From Octopus sinensis (Eukaryota), in contig NC_042998.1 in assembly GCF_006345805.1 (NCBI RefSeq), positions 25,606,001 through 25,670,000 of the forward strand: a stretch of DNA of 64,000 bases. The letters are read 5' to 3'. This document shows, in pieces, positions 52,263 through 64,000 of the stretch; position 1 is the first letter of the stretch; each line of letters begins with the position of its first letter. The notes beneath the pieces are model-generated. The model saw nothing but the letters and a program-made list of their open reading frames with translations, had not been told where the DNA came from and did not search any database. A program made the translations under genes and the position numbers.

Positions 52263-53514
52263 GATTACAGAGGATCCATGAAGGATCAAGGTATATCAAA
52301 ACGAAGCATACCACAGATTGCCTACACAGAATGACACAAAACAGACAATTAAATAATCTCATCTTAGTACAGAATGCATCAATGAAGTGGGTTCACAGTT
52401 GTTAGGTAATTTAGAATTCCAATTGTATCCAAAAGTATCCCAAATCTATGCAGTGATGAAATGTTTAGCAGTATTTCACCTGTCTTTATGTTCTGAGTTC
52501 AAATTCCGCCGAGGCCGACTTTGCCTTTCATCCTTTCGGGGTTGATAAATTAAGTACCAGTTGTGTACTGGGGTCGATCAAATCGACTGGCCCCCACCTC
52601 CCACAAAATTTTCCAAAAATATTCAAAAGTATCCCAAACCTATGCAATGATGGATGGAAACTTGTGCCGATTCCATCCAACAAATTCCACTCACAAGAGA
52701 TCTTAGCCAACTGAAGATTATTGCAGAAATCACTCATCTAAGATACTGAGCATTGGGATTGAACCTGATATCCTATGGTTATAAAGCAAAATCCTTAACT
52801 GCACGACCATACTTATAATAAATTGATCAACGTAAAGGTTCTTTAAAACAGTGCACTTACCATTATGCAAATTACACTTCAGCATCAACCATTTTATTGG
52901 TTTCACATTCATAGAACTGTGCAATCCCTGAGGACATTTATTATGGGAAAGTATATATACTGGCTAAAGGTCAATAAGCTAACTTCATCTTTGCTACAGA
53001 AACTGATTAAAACAAATCTAATTAAGTTTGGCCTACACACAAATACACAAATTATCAGGCAGTATGGAGAAATTCGTTCATTTTAGTGTATCTAGAGCCA
53101 AGTTGTTTTTATAAAAACTTATGTTTATCAGTAGAGGAATGGTTGTGTGGTGAGAAATTTGTTTCTCAGCCTCATGGTCTTGGATTCTGTCCCACTACGT
53201 GGCACCTTGGGCAAGTTTCTCAGGCAAACCATAGCTTTGTGGGTGGTCAGAAGCTGAAAGAAGCCTACTGTGTGTGTGTGTGTGTATTCTTTTATTCTTT
53301 TATTTGTTTCAGTCATTTGACTGTGGCCATGCTGGAGCACCGCCTTATAGTTGAGCAAATTGACACCAGGACTTATTCTTTCTAAGCCTAGTACTTATTC
53401 TATTGACTCTTTTGCTGAACCGCTAAGTTATGGGGACGTAAATACACTTGCATCAGTTGTCAAGCAATGTTGGGAGGACAAACACAGACACACAAGCATA
53501 TACATACATATATA

Positions 53515-54724
53515 TATATCATCATCATCATCATCATCATCATCAATTAACGTCCGCTTTCCATGCTAGCATGGGTTGGACGGTTCAACTGGGGTCTGGG
53601 GAGCCCGAAAGCTGCACCAGTCCAGTCAGATCTGGCAGTGTTTCTACAGCTGGATGCCCTTCCTAATGCCAACCACTCCGAGAGTGTAGTGGGTGATTTT
53701 ATGTGCACCGACACAGGTGCCAGACGAGGCTGGCAAACGGCCACGCTCGGATGGGTTTTTATGTGCCACCGACACAGGTGCCAGACGGGCTGGCAGACGG
53801 CCACGCTCGGATGGTGTTTTTAATGTGCCACCGACACAGGTGCCAGACGAGGCTGGCAGACGGCCACGCTCGGATGGTGTTTTTATGTGCCACCGACACA
53901 GGTGCCAGACGAGGCTGGCAGATGGCCACGCTCGGATGGTGTTTTTATGAGGCTGGCAAACGGCCATGATCGGATGGTGCTTGTTACGTGCCCACAGCAC
54001 GGAGGCCAGTCAATGCGGTACTGGCTACGGCCACGTTCGGATGGTTTTCTTATGTGCCACGTGCCACAAAGATACAAATTCCATTGATGTTCATCTATTT
54101 TGATTTGTTTTGATTTGATTTTCACTTGCCTCAACAGGTCTTCACAAGTGTCACAAGAAGGAAGGTATGCACAGGTGGACTGATTACGTCCCAGGTAGGG
54201 GCCATGGGTTATGGCCTGACTAGTCTTGCCGGGTCTTCGGATGGTGTTTTTATGTGCCACCGACACGGTGCTAGATGAGGCTGGCGAACGGCCACGATCG
54301 GATGGTGTTTGTCATGTGCCCACCGCACTGACTACGGCACTGATGGATTTCTTGTGTGCCACAGGCACTGGTACCACAAGATACAAATTCCATTGATGTT
54401 CATCTATTTTGTCTATTTTGATTTGATTTGATTTGATTTGATTTTCACTTGCCTCAACCGGTCTTCACAAGTGTCACAAGAAGGAAGGTATGCACAGGTG
54501 GACTGACTAGTCTTGCGGGTCTTCGGAAGGTGTTTTTATGTGCCACCGACACAGGTGCCAGATGAGGCTGGCGAACGGCCATGATCGGATGGTGTTGTTA
54601 CGTGCCCAAGCACGGAGGCCGGTCGATGCGGAACTGGCTACGGCCACGTTCGGATGGTTCTCATGGTGCCACCGGCACTGGTACCACAAAGTGTGTGCCA
54701 CCGGCACTGGTACCACAAAGATAC
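53515..54724 (-). mobile_element. SINE family D with internal 62-bp tandem array and tandemly repeated 5' region
   Basis: Unit tttatgtgccaccgacacaggtgccagacgaggctggcagacggccacgctcggatggtg x4.5 (53695-53975); ~290-bp block repeated at about 54060 and 54370. Confidence 0.85.
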
Positions 54725-55166
54725 AGATATATATATATATATATACGATACAATAGGCTTCTTTCAGTTTCCAGCTATCAAATCTTCTCACAAGGGTTTG
54801 GTCTCCCCGAGGCTACAGTAGAAGACACTTGCTCAAAGTGCCATGCAGTGGGACTGAATCCAGAACCATGTGGCTGGTAAGCAAGCTACTTACCACACGG
54901 TATCAAAGTTATAATTAAGGGTGTTTAAAAGATAGCACCATGCTAGAAATAGCAGTCAATACTTGACTCTAAAATCACATCAATTAATTCATACAGCACC
55001 AGAAGAAAAGACGAATAGACAAATAAACTAGCAAAAAAATTATTGGATAATCCCAGATCTAGATTTCTAGCTTTGCATAAAATATACTCTGCCTCATCAG
55101 TGGGATATACACAGATAGTACATAATTACAAATATACATATATATATATATGTATATATATATGTG

Positions 55167-55229
<63 letters not shown>

Positions 55230-55370
55230 CAATATAGGAATACTTATATATACACATGTATACAAACATATATACGTACATATACACATGCCTGGTTTTA
55301 TTCCTGTGCTGGCCATTTGATATGATTGGCATTTTAAATAAAGATCTTATCCTTATGTATATATATATAT

Positions 55371-55567
55371 GCCTGCTTCTGCACGCATTTTTTTTCTCTC
55401 CTTGTTTCTTTTTGTGTTTCTTTTCTGTGTATCTTTCTGTTGAAGAGCGTAGGCTCGAAACGTAAAAGACTTGTTTTATTTATCTTCCTGAGCGCCATAC
55501 TAATACAATTGTTTGTTTATATTCCACCTGCCTTCGTCTTTTGTTTATTTTCATAAAGCTTCCCGTT
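55371..55567 (+). mobile_element. Penelope-like family H2, best-preserved copy
   Basis: (TA)n on both sides; contains the hammerhead-like motif at 55432-55469. Confidence 0.7.
55432..55469 (+). ncRNA. Minimal type-I hammerhead motif with A6U core variant
   Basis: Stem I tcttt/aaaga; CTGTTGA; a; gagc-gtag-gctc; GAA; acgt; predicted cleavage after GUA (55464). Confidence 0.6.
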
Positions 55568-55607
55568 ATATATATATATTATATATATATATAATATATA
55601 TATATAT

Positions 55608-55865
55608 AAAGGGTGTGATGGATAAATTGTCACCATATTATATTTTGAATTTCGTGCATAAGCATTGCTTGTTTTTGATCGTGTCAACTACACAATATAC
55701 ATATAGTAGGGTTAGTCAGGCACCATCTGTAAGAAAAACAGCATCATGACGCAATTCACACAGCCAGAAATTTGGAAATGACATGCTGTGCTGGTTGGCA
55801 TTCATGCTGGAAGCTCCAATATGAACATTTGAGAGTGTTTGGGTGTCAATCTGAGGACATGTACC
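55608..55865 (+). mobile_element. Tc1/mariner left end with N-terminal transposase relic
   Basis: (TA)n then agggtgtgatggataaattgtcacc; ATG at 55746: MTQFTQPEIWK*HAVLVGIHAGSSNMNI*ECLGVNLRT (HTH-like). Confidence 0.55.
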
Positions 55866-56608
55866 AAGAGTGATAAAAATCAAACGTCCAGTCAACTATT
55901 ATAAACATATTGTGCATTCTGACAGCAGTTTATTATTTTTTTCATTCGTTCTGCGACATAATCTTGACTGAGGCAAAAACCAAACATTGCATAAAAGTAT
56001 AAGACAACTGGTGCTGTTGTTTAGCTTCAAATCAAATTCGATTAAGCAAATACTTGGGTAAAGATGGATGTTCTAATCCAGATAATCCTATCTTTTATTC
56101 AGGCAGAGTGTCTCTTGAGTGATATTAGTGTAGCATATCCTTTATTTTTAGAAATTACCAAGGCATGATTTAAGGGTGATTTGGTTGCTAATTTTAGCAG
56201 GTCAAGCATTGACTCTTGCAAATGAGTAGCAATGTCTGTCTAATTTGTGGCAAATCCTTTGTACATCATTTTCAAATAATGCATCAAATGCCAGAGAATC
56301 TGCTAGAGTTTATCAAGTCTCCAGTGGTACCCATCACATCACACTAATAAATTATGATACTAACTGTCATCAACAATAGAATAATTATGCATATACATGA
56401 TGCAAATTTTGTTAACATATTTCGAAATATGCTAGGCGATGGTATCATAGAATATACCGGAATATCAAACTTGGAAATTTTAAGTTAGGATATGAAGAGA
56501 GCAGGACAGACAAGGAAGTTATTTTGAATGTGTGATGTGATACAAATGGACAAGAGTATGTCCTTTAATGAGACGGTATTGAGATGTAAGGGAAATTTGA
56601 TTGCTATT

Positions 56609-56850
56609 ACTTATTTCTTATTTCTTTATTGCCCACAAGGGGCTACACACAGAGGGGACAAACAAGGACAGACAAACAGATTAAGTCAATTATATCGACC
56701 CCAGTGCTTAACTGGTACTTATTTAATCAACTCCAAAAGGATGAAAGGCAAAGTCGACCTCGGTGGAATTTGAACTGAGAACGTAGTGGCAGATGAAATA
56801 CTGCTAAGCATTTTGCCCGGCCTGCTAACGTTTCTGCCAGCTCGCCGCCT
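56609..56850 (-). mobile_element. SINE family A, full length, with 13-bp TSD
   Basis: tttgattgctatt at 56596-56608 and 56854-56866. Confidence 0.9.
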
Positions 56851-58580
56851 TTTTTTGATTGCTATTTCTTGCAAGATGACTGACCACATAGATGTTCTCT
56901 GAATCTCTCTGGTTAAAGAACTTTTAATCAGAAGGAAGCTTGGGCTTTTTTTGTTTGTTTGTTTTTGTTTTTTGTGGGGTTTTTTGTGGGGATTAGCTAT
57001 TCACTCACCATAAGACTCAAAGCAACAAAATTAACAATACAAATGGTGCCTGCATCAGGTTTTTGTACTTTGCAAAACATTTGCAAGATGTAAAATGAAA
57101 TGACTGCCCCCCCCCCCACATACACACTCTCTCTCTCTCTAACTATACATACATACACTCACTCACACACATACACACACACACACACAGAGAAAATGGA
57201 AAGGGGTGATTGAGAGAAAGAATACACAGAAATGAAGAGAAAGAAATTAGTCACTCATTACCTTTTTATCTTTGCGTGTATACTTATTTAATTCATACAT
57301 TGGCTATTTCTATACATAAAAAAATACACCCCTATCCACATACACACCATACACATACATCAATATATTATTAATTGCCTCATTAAATTAATACCTATAT
57401 ATCCATACAACTTTTATATGGCAAATATAAAAAAAATATTATGCATTCTGATAGCAGTTTATAATTATTATTATTATTTTTATTCATTCTGCAATATAAG
57501 CTAAACTTATTAAAATTTCGGCAATATTCACATTAAGGGGCAGTTTTTCTGTACATAGTAAGCCTGTTGTATTAAATGGAAGCACAATATATTTCAATAT
57601 ATAATATAATGAGAAAACATACTTCCTCTAATCCAATTGTCTGAGTTCATTAGATTGTATGAAATGCTATGCTTTTGGGATTTATGCCAACATTTTCCTT
57701 TCACCAGGTTATTTTACTGTAAGAATGAACAGTAGCTTCACAAATGCTTTGGTTGTATTTTGAATAGAAATAGTTATAAGATATACCAAAAAGGAAATAA
57801 CTAGCACAAAATGGTAGGAGAGCTTTTATTCTGAAAGCTGCGATATGAATTGATAAAAATACCAGTTGCCTGGAAGCCATGCTTGAAAACTATCAATTAC
57901 TTATGATGTTAGTCAGAAAGCTATAACAAAATTCTAATTTTTTCTGTGTGCTTATGCTGAGATAGGAAAAAGGTAGATTAATGTTGTACATGTACCATAC
58001 ATCATTCTTTCTTTTGTAAACTATGAATCACAAAAGGAGTCTATGTTTTGTTTAACTAAGTAATTCTTTAAATATGTTGCCGATGTTTAGTTTATTTAGC
58101 AACAATTTATATATGTTGGCAGTTTTCTATCTTGAAAAGATAGTTACTATTATACCATAGATGTAAAATAATAGGTGGAGTTGAATAATACGGTGGCTGA
58201 GATAAGAGCAGTATTCCTCCCCCTCCACACACATACACTGTCAAGTAATGTAGTTTATAATTGGTGCCAAATTGATGGCTTACCAACTTTATACTTGCTT
58301 TTTGGGTTTTGAATTTGTTTTTTAAATATTTTTTTGCAATAAAATTTCAGAAACTTTGCTAGGAATATAAATTACAAAGTGTGTAAAATCAATGTATAAT
58401 ATGGTCACAGGCATGGTTGTATGGTAAGAAGTTTGCTTCCAAACCACACTGTTCTAGGTTCAGTTCCTCTGTATGGCACCTTGGGCAAGTGTTTTCTGCT
58501 TTAGCCTTGAGCTGACCAAAGCCAAAACTGAAAAAAGCATATTGTATAAATACATACATACATACATACAAATATATACA

Positions 58581-58738
58581 TATGAGAGGGAAACCACTAT
58601 ATGGACACCCTTATGCTAGAAATAGATCCACTGTGGTCTTATCACTAAGAAATGTTCTGAAGAACATTTCTTAGATGTAAGACCATAGCGGATCTATTTC
58701 TAGCATAATGGTGTCCACATAGTGGTTTCCCTCTCATA
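58581..58738. mobile_element. Fold-back/MITE-like palindrome (78-bp arms, 7 mismatches, 2-nt centre)
   Basis: tatgagagggaaaccacta...aatgttct-ga-agaacatt...tagtggtttccctctcata. Confidence 0.85.
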
Positions 58739-59599
58739 CGTATATAATACAATTTTACTGAATCTTCAGTTTTTTATATGCTAGACCACTGGTGTGAAAT
58801 CGATGTTAATTAAATTAATATCTAATTTCTCACCCTCATTTTAAATTTAAATTAATATATATACATATATATATATAATATATACACACACACATTTATG
58901 TTTTTGTGTTGCAAGACTCCTGATTTGAAACCGTGTGTTGAAACAGATATTGCTGTATTTCGGGATGGTCATGTGTTGTTTTTTTTCTATTTTTTGCCAA
59001 ATAAACACATGCATTATATATATTTGTTCTTCACCCCTTTACTTCTGATCTTATTTTAACTCATGTCCATTGTCCAGAAATCTTTCATCACACATCTGTG
59101 ACCTCTTCAGTGACACTTTCTTTCCTCATGTGTGCTCCTATTCTGCTTAGTTCATTCTGTTCTTTTATGATGTGTATCCTTAAATGCACATGTGCTTGCA
59201 TCTATATTTGTTTGTGTACATGTGCTTGTGTGTGTGTCCTTGTTCTTAGTAGCACTATGACCCTCCCATCACGTCCATCCCTTCTTCTGTTGCTACCGTT
59301 GCTGCCCTTGACCCCAACTTTTTGTACCATTCCTGTATCTCTCTGTGTTTGTGTGTTTGTCCACACTGTTACCATCGTGGTAGTTGTTGTTGCTGTTATC
59401 ATTATTGTTGCTATTATTGCTGTTGTCATTGTTGGTCATGTTGATGCTGTTGCAACCATTTGTGAAGTTACTGTGTGTGTGTGTTTGCATGTGTATATGG
59501 GTTCACTTATTATTTTCTTTGTATCTCTGCCCTTTATACAACTTTTTTTTGTGTGTTTACCTATTTATCTCTATATTTACCATAGGTATATGCATATTT

Positions 59600-60111
59600 G
59601 GGATCTTTTCCTTTTGAACGGCAGATGTCAACACAATTTCTAGTTAACTAAACACTTTTAAACTTCATATGCTGGTAGAATGTGTTTATAAAACATCATT
59701 TTTTCTTGGCTTTATTGAGAAAATTCTATAGTTTGTAAGATATTTCGTCTGAAAATCCGAGCATTTTGGTAATTTTAACCAATCAATTACCTCCATTCAA
59801 CTAATTGTTACACACAAAACAATTAAATTAATTTAACAATTAAGAAAAAAAAAATTAGGGTTAGGGTTTGGTTGAGGGGTAGTGACAGGATGTTGTCTCA
59901 GTTTTAGATGCAGCAAATGGTTTTAGCTCAAAAGAGAGCATAGGATTGGTTAAAATTCAAAAAATTAAACTACGTTAAACAAACAAATTACAATTTTCTC
60001 AAGAAAGCCAAGAGAAAAAAATGTTTTATTTTGACACATTCTACCAGTATACGAAGTTTTAAAGTGTTTAGTTAATTAGAAATTGTCTGCCATTCAAAAG
60101 GAAAAGATCCC
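59600..60111. mobile_element. MITE with long imperfect TIRs, 6-bp TSD and internal TTAGGG repeats
   Basis: ATATTT|gggatcttttccttttgaacggcag ... ctgccattcaaaaggaaaagatccc|ATATTT; arms about 170-195 bp; ttagggttaggg at 59855-59866. Confidence 0.85.
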
Positions 60112-60369
60112 ATATTTGTCCATCATGTGTGCATTACACTGTTTGTATCTGTTTATTTATTTTTCCTCTCCTTTCTGTCTTTAGTCATCATGTTGCATGG
60201 CATGGTGTTGGTGCTATTGTTCCATTCATGTTTTCTGTTGAGGCTTGGGTGATTATATATATATGTATATATATAACATTTAGTAAGGGTAGAAATTGAT
60301 ATTAATCAATTAAAACCAGTGGCCTAGCATATTAAAAAAAAATCTGAAGATTAAAATATTTTTAAATAT

Positions 60370-60613
60370 AAAATTTAAAGGACTGACCACTAAAAGTGGA
60401 TGGTCAACATGCTAGATATAGACGTCAAAATCGCTGATCGGTACATAGGTAATCGTTATTATTTCGTATATTTTCATTTGTCTTGCTTATTTTTAATGCT
60501 TTGGTTTGTGCTGAGTTTTCTTTGAGAACACATTCTTCGTGGAAAATAGCGATTTTGACGTCTATATCTAGCATGTTGACCGTCCACTTTTAATGGTCAG
60601 TCCTTTAAATTTT
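60370..60613. mobile_element. MITE with 66-bp TIRs (2 mismatches) and 112-bp spacer
   Basis: aaaatttaaaggactgaccac...gacgtcaaaatcgct / agcgattttgacgtc...gtcagtcctttaaatttt. Confidence 0.88.
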
Positions 60614-60789
60614 GTATATATATATATGTATATTTGTGTGTGTGTCTTAATGTCTATGTTTGTTCCCTCCCACTACTGCTTGATAACCATTGTTGGTGTG
60701 GTTATGTCCCTGTAACTTAGTGGTGTGGAAGACAAGGGGGAGGAGAACAAGGGGAGGAATCGGGGGAGAACAAGAGGAGGGGTAGATCA

Positions 60790-61000
60790 AGGGGACATAG
60801 AGGGGGACAAACAAGGACAGACAAAGGGGTTAAGTCAATTACATGGACCCTAGTGCATAACTGGTACTTATTTAATCAACCCCAAAAGGATGAAAGGCAA
60901 AGTCGACCTCAATGGAATTTGAACTCAGAATGTAACGGCAGACGAAATATCACTAAGCATTTTGCCCGGTGTGCTAACGATTCTGCCAGCGCGCCACCTT
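60790..61000 (-). mobile_element. SINE family A
   Basis: acatagagggggacaaacaagg...gattctgccagcgcgccacc. Confidence 0.85.
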
Positions 61001-61106
61001 TTGTGATTACATTGTGGAGGCATATAGCCTTCACAATGGGTGTTCAGGTCACAGTCATAAGGCAGTAGGTTTAATTCCTTGACTGGTCTGTCCATTGTGC
61101 CTTTAA

Positions 61107-61318
61107 CCCCTTAGCATTTAAACTGGCTATATCCAGTTGAAATGTTCTCTATTTTCTGTTCAAACTGGCCAGATCTGGTCTCTCACACCTACCCCATAAT
61201 GCCATTTGAGAAATAAACATCATCGAAATCTTGAAGCTGCAAGATAATGCATGATTAATTAAAAACAATATGAATTAAGAAGTAATGCATTTGACTGAGC
61301 AATCTAAATGCTAATGAG
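61107..61318. mobile_element. piggyBac-type MITE, decayed right TIR
   Basis: TTAA|cccc ttagcattta ... taaatgctaatgag|TTAA; related fragments at about 33975-34120 and 42020-42107. Confidence 0.65.
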
Positions 61319-61384
61319 TTAAGCCAAGCATTTTACTTTAGTCCAGACTAATCTGCTGTAAATGAGAACCAGGCAAGTGCTGGT

Positions 61385-61592
61385 GCAGCCTTCTCTCTCT
61401 CCCTCTCCCCCTCCCTCTATCTCTCCTTTCTCTCTCTCCCTCTCCCTCTCTCTCTCTCTCTCTCCTTTTCTCTCTCTCTCTCTGCCTGTCTTTCTGTCTG
61501 TCTCTCTTTCTCTCTCTTTTTCTCTCTCTCTCCCTTTCTCTCTCTCTGTCTCTGCCCATCTTTCTGTCTGTCTCTCCTTGTCTCCATGTCTT

Positions 61593-61623
<31 letters not shown>

Positions 61624-61775
61624 GTCTCGATGTCTCTGTCTGTTTGTCTCCCCCTCTCTCTCTCTCTACCTATCTATCTCTGTGTTTGTCTGTCTGTCTC
61701 TATCTCTCTCTGTCTCTTTCTCTCTCTCTCTCTGTCTCCATGTCTCTGTCTCTGTCCATTTGTCTCTCTCTCTCG
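61385..61775. repeat. (TC)n/(TGTC)n polypyrimidine tract
   Basis: About 390 bp almost free of adenine on the + strand. Confidence 0.9.
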
Positions 61776-62979
61776 ATTTTCTTGACTAAAGGCAGTGCTC
61801 CAGCATGGCCGCTGTCAAATGACTGAAACAAATAAAAGAAAAATAGAAATTAAATGAGTGGAAATCGAACCAGTACATGACTCTCCCCAAACACAACAAA
61901 ATATGCTTCAACACACGAATTCCCATAAAGAATCTTGCAAACCAAATCCAAAAACATTTAGTGGAGAAATCTGAATATTAAAGGGTTAAAAAAACAATCA
62001 TTACAACGGGGGCAAAGTTGCCAAATTGGGCTACAAGAACTGGGCTATGTTACTAATGTTTTTAGATTAGGTTACATGATATTTGAAAATTCTATTTTTT
62101 AAAGGTGACAATTTTAACGAATATTATTGAATTATCAGTAAAATAAATTAGAGCTGACCTACAGGCAATCCTTTGCGTAAGTGTGAATGGGTGTGTGGGG
62201 GTGTTTGTGTGGTGGGGGAGGGTGTTATCTTTCTATCTGAATTTGCATTCTGGGCTATTTCTAACATGATCAGTTGCATTTTGAAAAATTTTTTTTGATT
62301 TTTTTTTTGTAAATTTTATAAAATTGATGTCACACCTTTTGCATGGGTATGTTGATAGTCGTTAAGGTAAAAATCCAGAATCTGAAGAACTTGGTGATGA
62401 TCTTTATTGGCAGCAATTAGATAGCTGAAAGTGAAAGTGAAAGAGAAAGAGAGAGAGAGAGACGGAAGGGGGAGGAGGAGGAGGGAAGTGGTGTTGTTTC
62501 TTTAGCTGGAAGCTACTAAATGAGGAGATTGAAGTAAAGGAGTGGAGAGTAATGAAGAAAGAGAGTGTCAGGGACAAAGTGAAAGGGTTAAAAATGAGAG
62601 GGAGGGGAGAGGTGTAAGGAAGTCAAAGGAAGGAGACAGAATTCAAGGGGAAAGGTGGAAAGTGCCCCTGGCTGAAGTGGTGGTTAGTATTGACGTGAAT
62701 CGCTTAAGATATTAAATAAAAAAAAAAATAAAAAGTTGTAAGATGGTTATGTTGACGCTCCACAAAGAATGGGAGTAACTAATGTTTAGGTGATGGAGAG
62801 GATACCATTCCCACAGGAAGACATGAGAGGAATTGTTACCGATGAATTATATAAATGGTAGAATTTATATAAAGAGACATTGTGCTGATGGTGTATGGGA
62901 GTTGGTGGGTGAATGGTAACCAAACAAGGAGACGGGGAGAGTAATGGTTAGAGAATTCAAAGAGAAATAGCCAGTACAT

Positions 62980-62984
<5 letters not shown>

Positions 62985-63031
<47 letters not shown>

Positions 63032-63110
63032 TATATATATACATACATACAAACATAAATACATACGTACATACATACATACACACATACATATATACAT
63101 ACATACATAA

Positions 63111-63141
<31 letters not shown>

Positions 63142-63248
63142 CATACATACATATATACATACATATATATATCATACAGACATACATATATACATATATA
63201 CATACATATACATACATACATGCATGCATATATACATACATACATACA

Positions 63249-63282
<34 letters not shown>

Positions 63283-63590
63283 CATGCATACATATATACA
63301 TACAGACATACATACATATATACATACATGCATATATACATGCATACATATATACATACATACATACAGACAGACAGACATACATACATATATACATACA
63401 TACATACATACAGACATACATACATACATATATACATACATACATACATATATACATACATACATACATACAGACATATATACAAACATACATATATACA
63501 AACATACAAACATACGTACATACATACATACATACATACATACATACATTCATACATACATATGTGTGTGCATATGTGTATATATGTATG
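62985..63590. repeat. (CA)n/(CATA)n compound microsatellite
   Basis: Directly visible. Confidence 0.95.
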
Positions 63591-63764
63591 TTGGTTTGTG
63601 TAGAAGGAGAGCAAGAGGAATTCAGGGCATGTCAGCGGTCAAAGAGTAGAAAAAATTATTGGAAACAGTATAAAAGCTAATTTGTTGTTATAGATCAGCT
63701 TCAAGTCTGCTCTGATCAAGTAGACCTATGATCAAAGGCATTCCACTCATGGCTGATCCATCTC

Positions 63765-64000
<236 letters not shown>

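Noticed and set aside
53695-53975. CRISPR-like regular array
   Set aside because: Units repeat end to end with no unique spacers, sit inside a SINE, and the context is eukaryotic with no cas genes.
54160-54240. HDV-like ribozyme at the 5' end of SINE family D
   Set aside because: Only a local ggccat/atggcc hairpin was found; I could not assign P1, P2, P3 and the catalytic C.

Overview
AT-rich eukaryotic DNA saturated with microsatellites ((TA)n, (CATA)n, (ATT)n, (CA)n, (TC)n) and interspersed repeats. The repeat landscape resembles that of an Octopus (coleoid cephalopod) genome; this is inferred from repeat style, with no database search. I could not identify any intact host protein-coding gene, tRNA, rRNA or CRISPR array, so the window reads as intronic or intergenic. 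Nearly all ORF-track entries are translations of microsatellites or SINEs. Supported features: four or more SINE families (dozens of copies, two with clear 13-bp TSDs); RTE, CR1 and RLE-type LINE fragments, including a CR1 nested in an RTE; mariner/Tc1 and piggyBac relics and MITEs; several fold-back elements; and a near-identical ~3.5-kb tandem duplication (7.4-14.5 kb). The most interesting signal is a set of short (TA)n-associated elements carrying minimal type-I hammerhead ribozyme motifs of the kind known from Penelope-like retroelements. One copy has a canonical core (41425-41461). A sister family shows a compensatory stem-I base-pair swap and a family-wide A6U core variant. A third family has a different stem architecture (44563-44623). 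A perfect 64-bp hairpin sits directly downstream of the canonical copy. SINE and LINE boundaries are approximate (about +/-10-20 bp) unless TSDs or TIRs define them.
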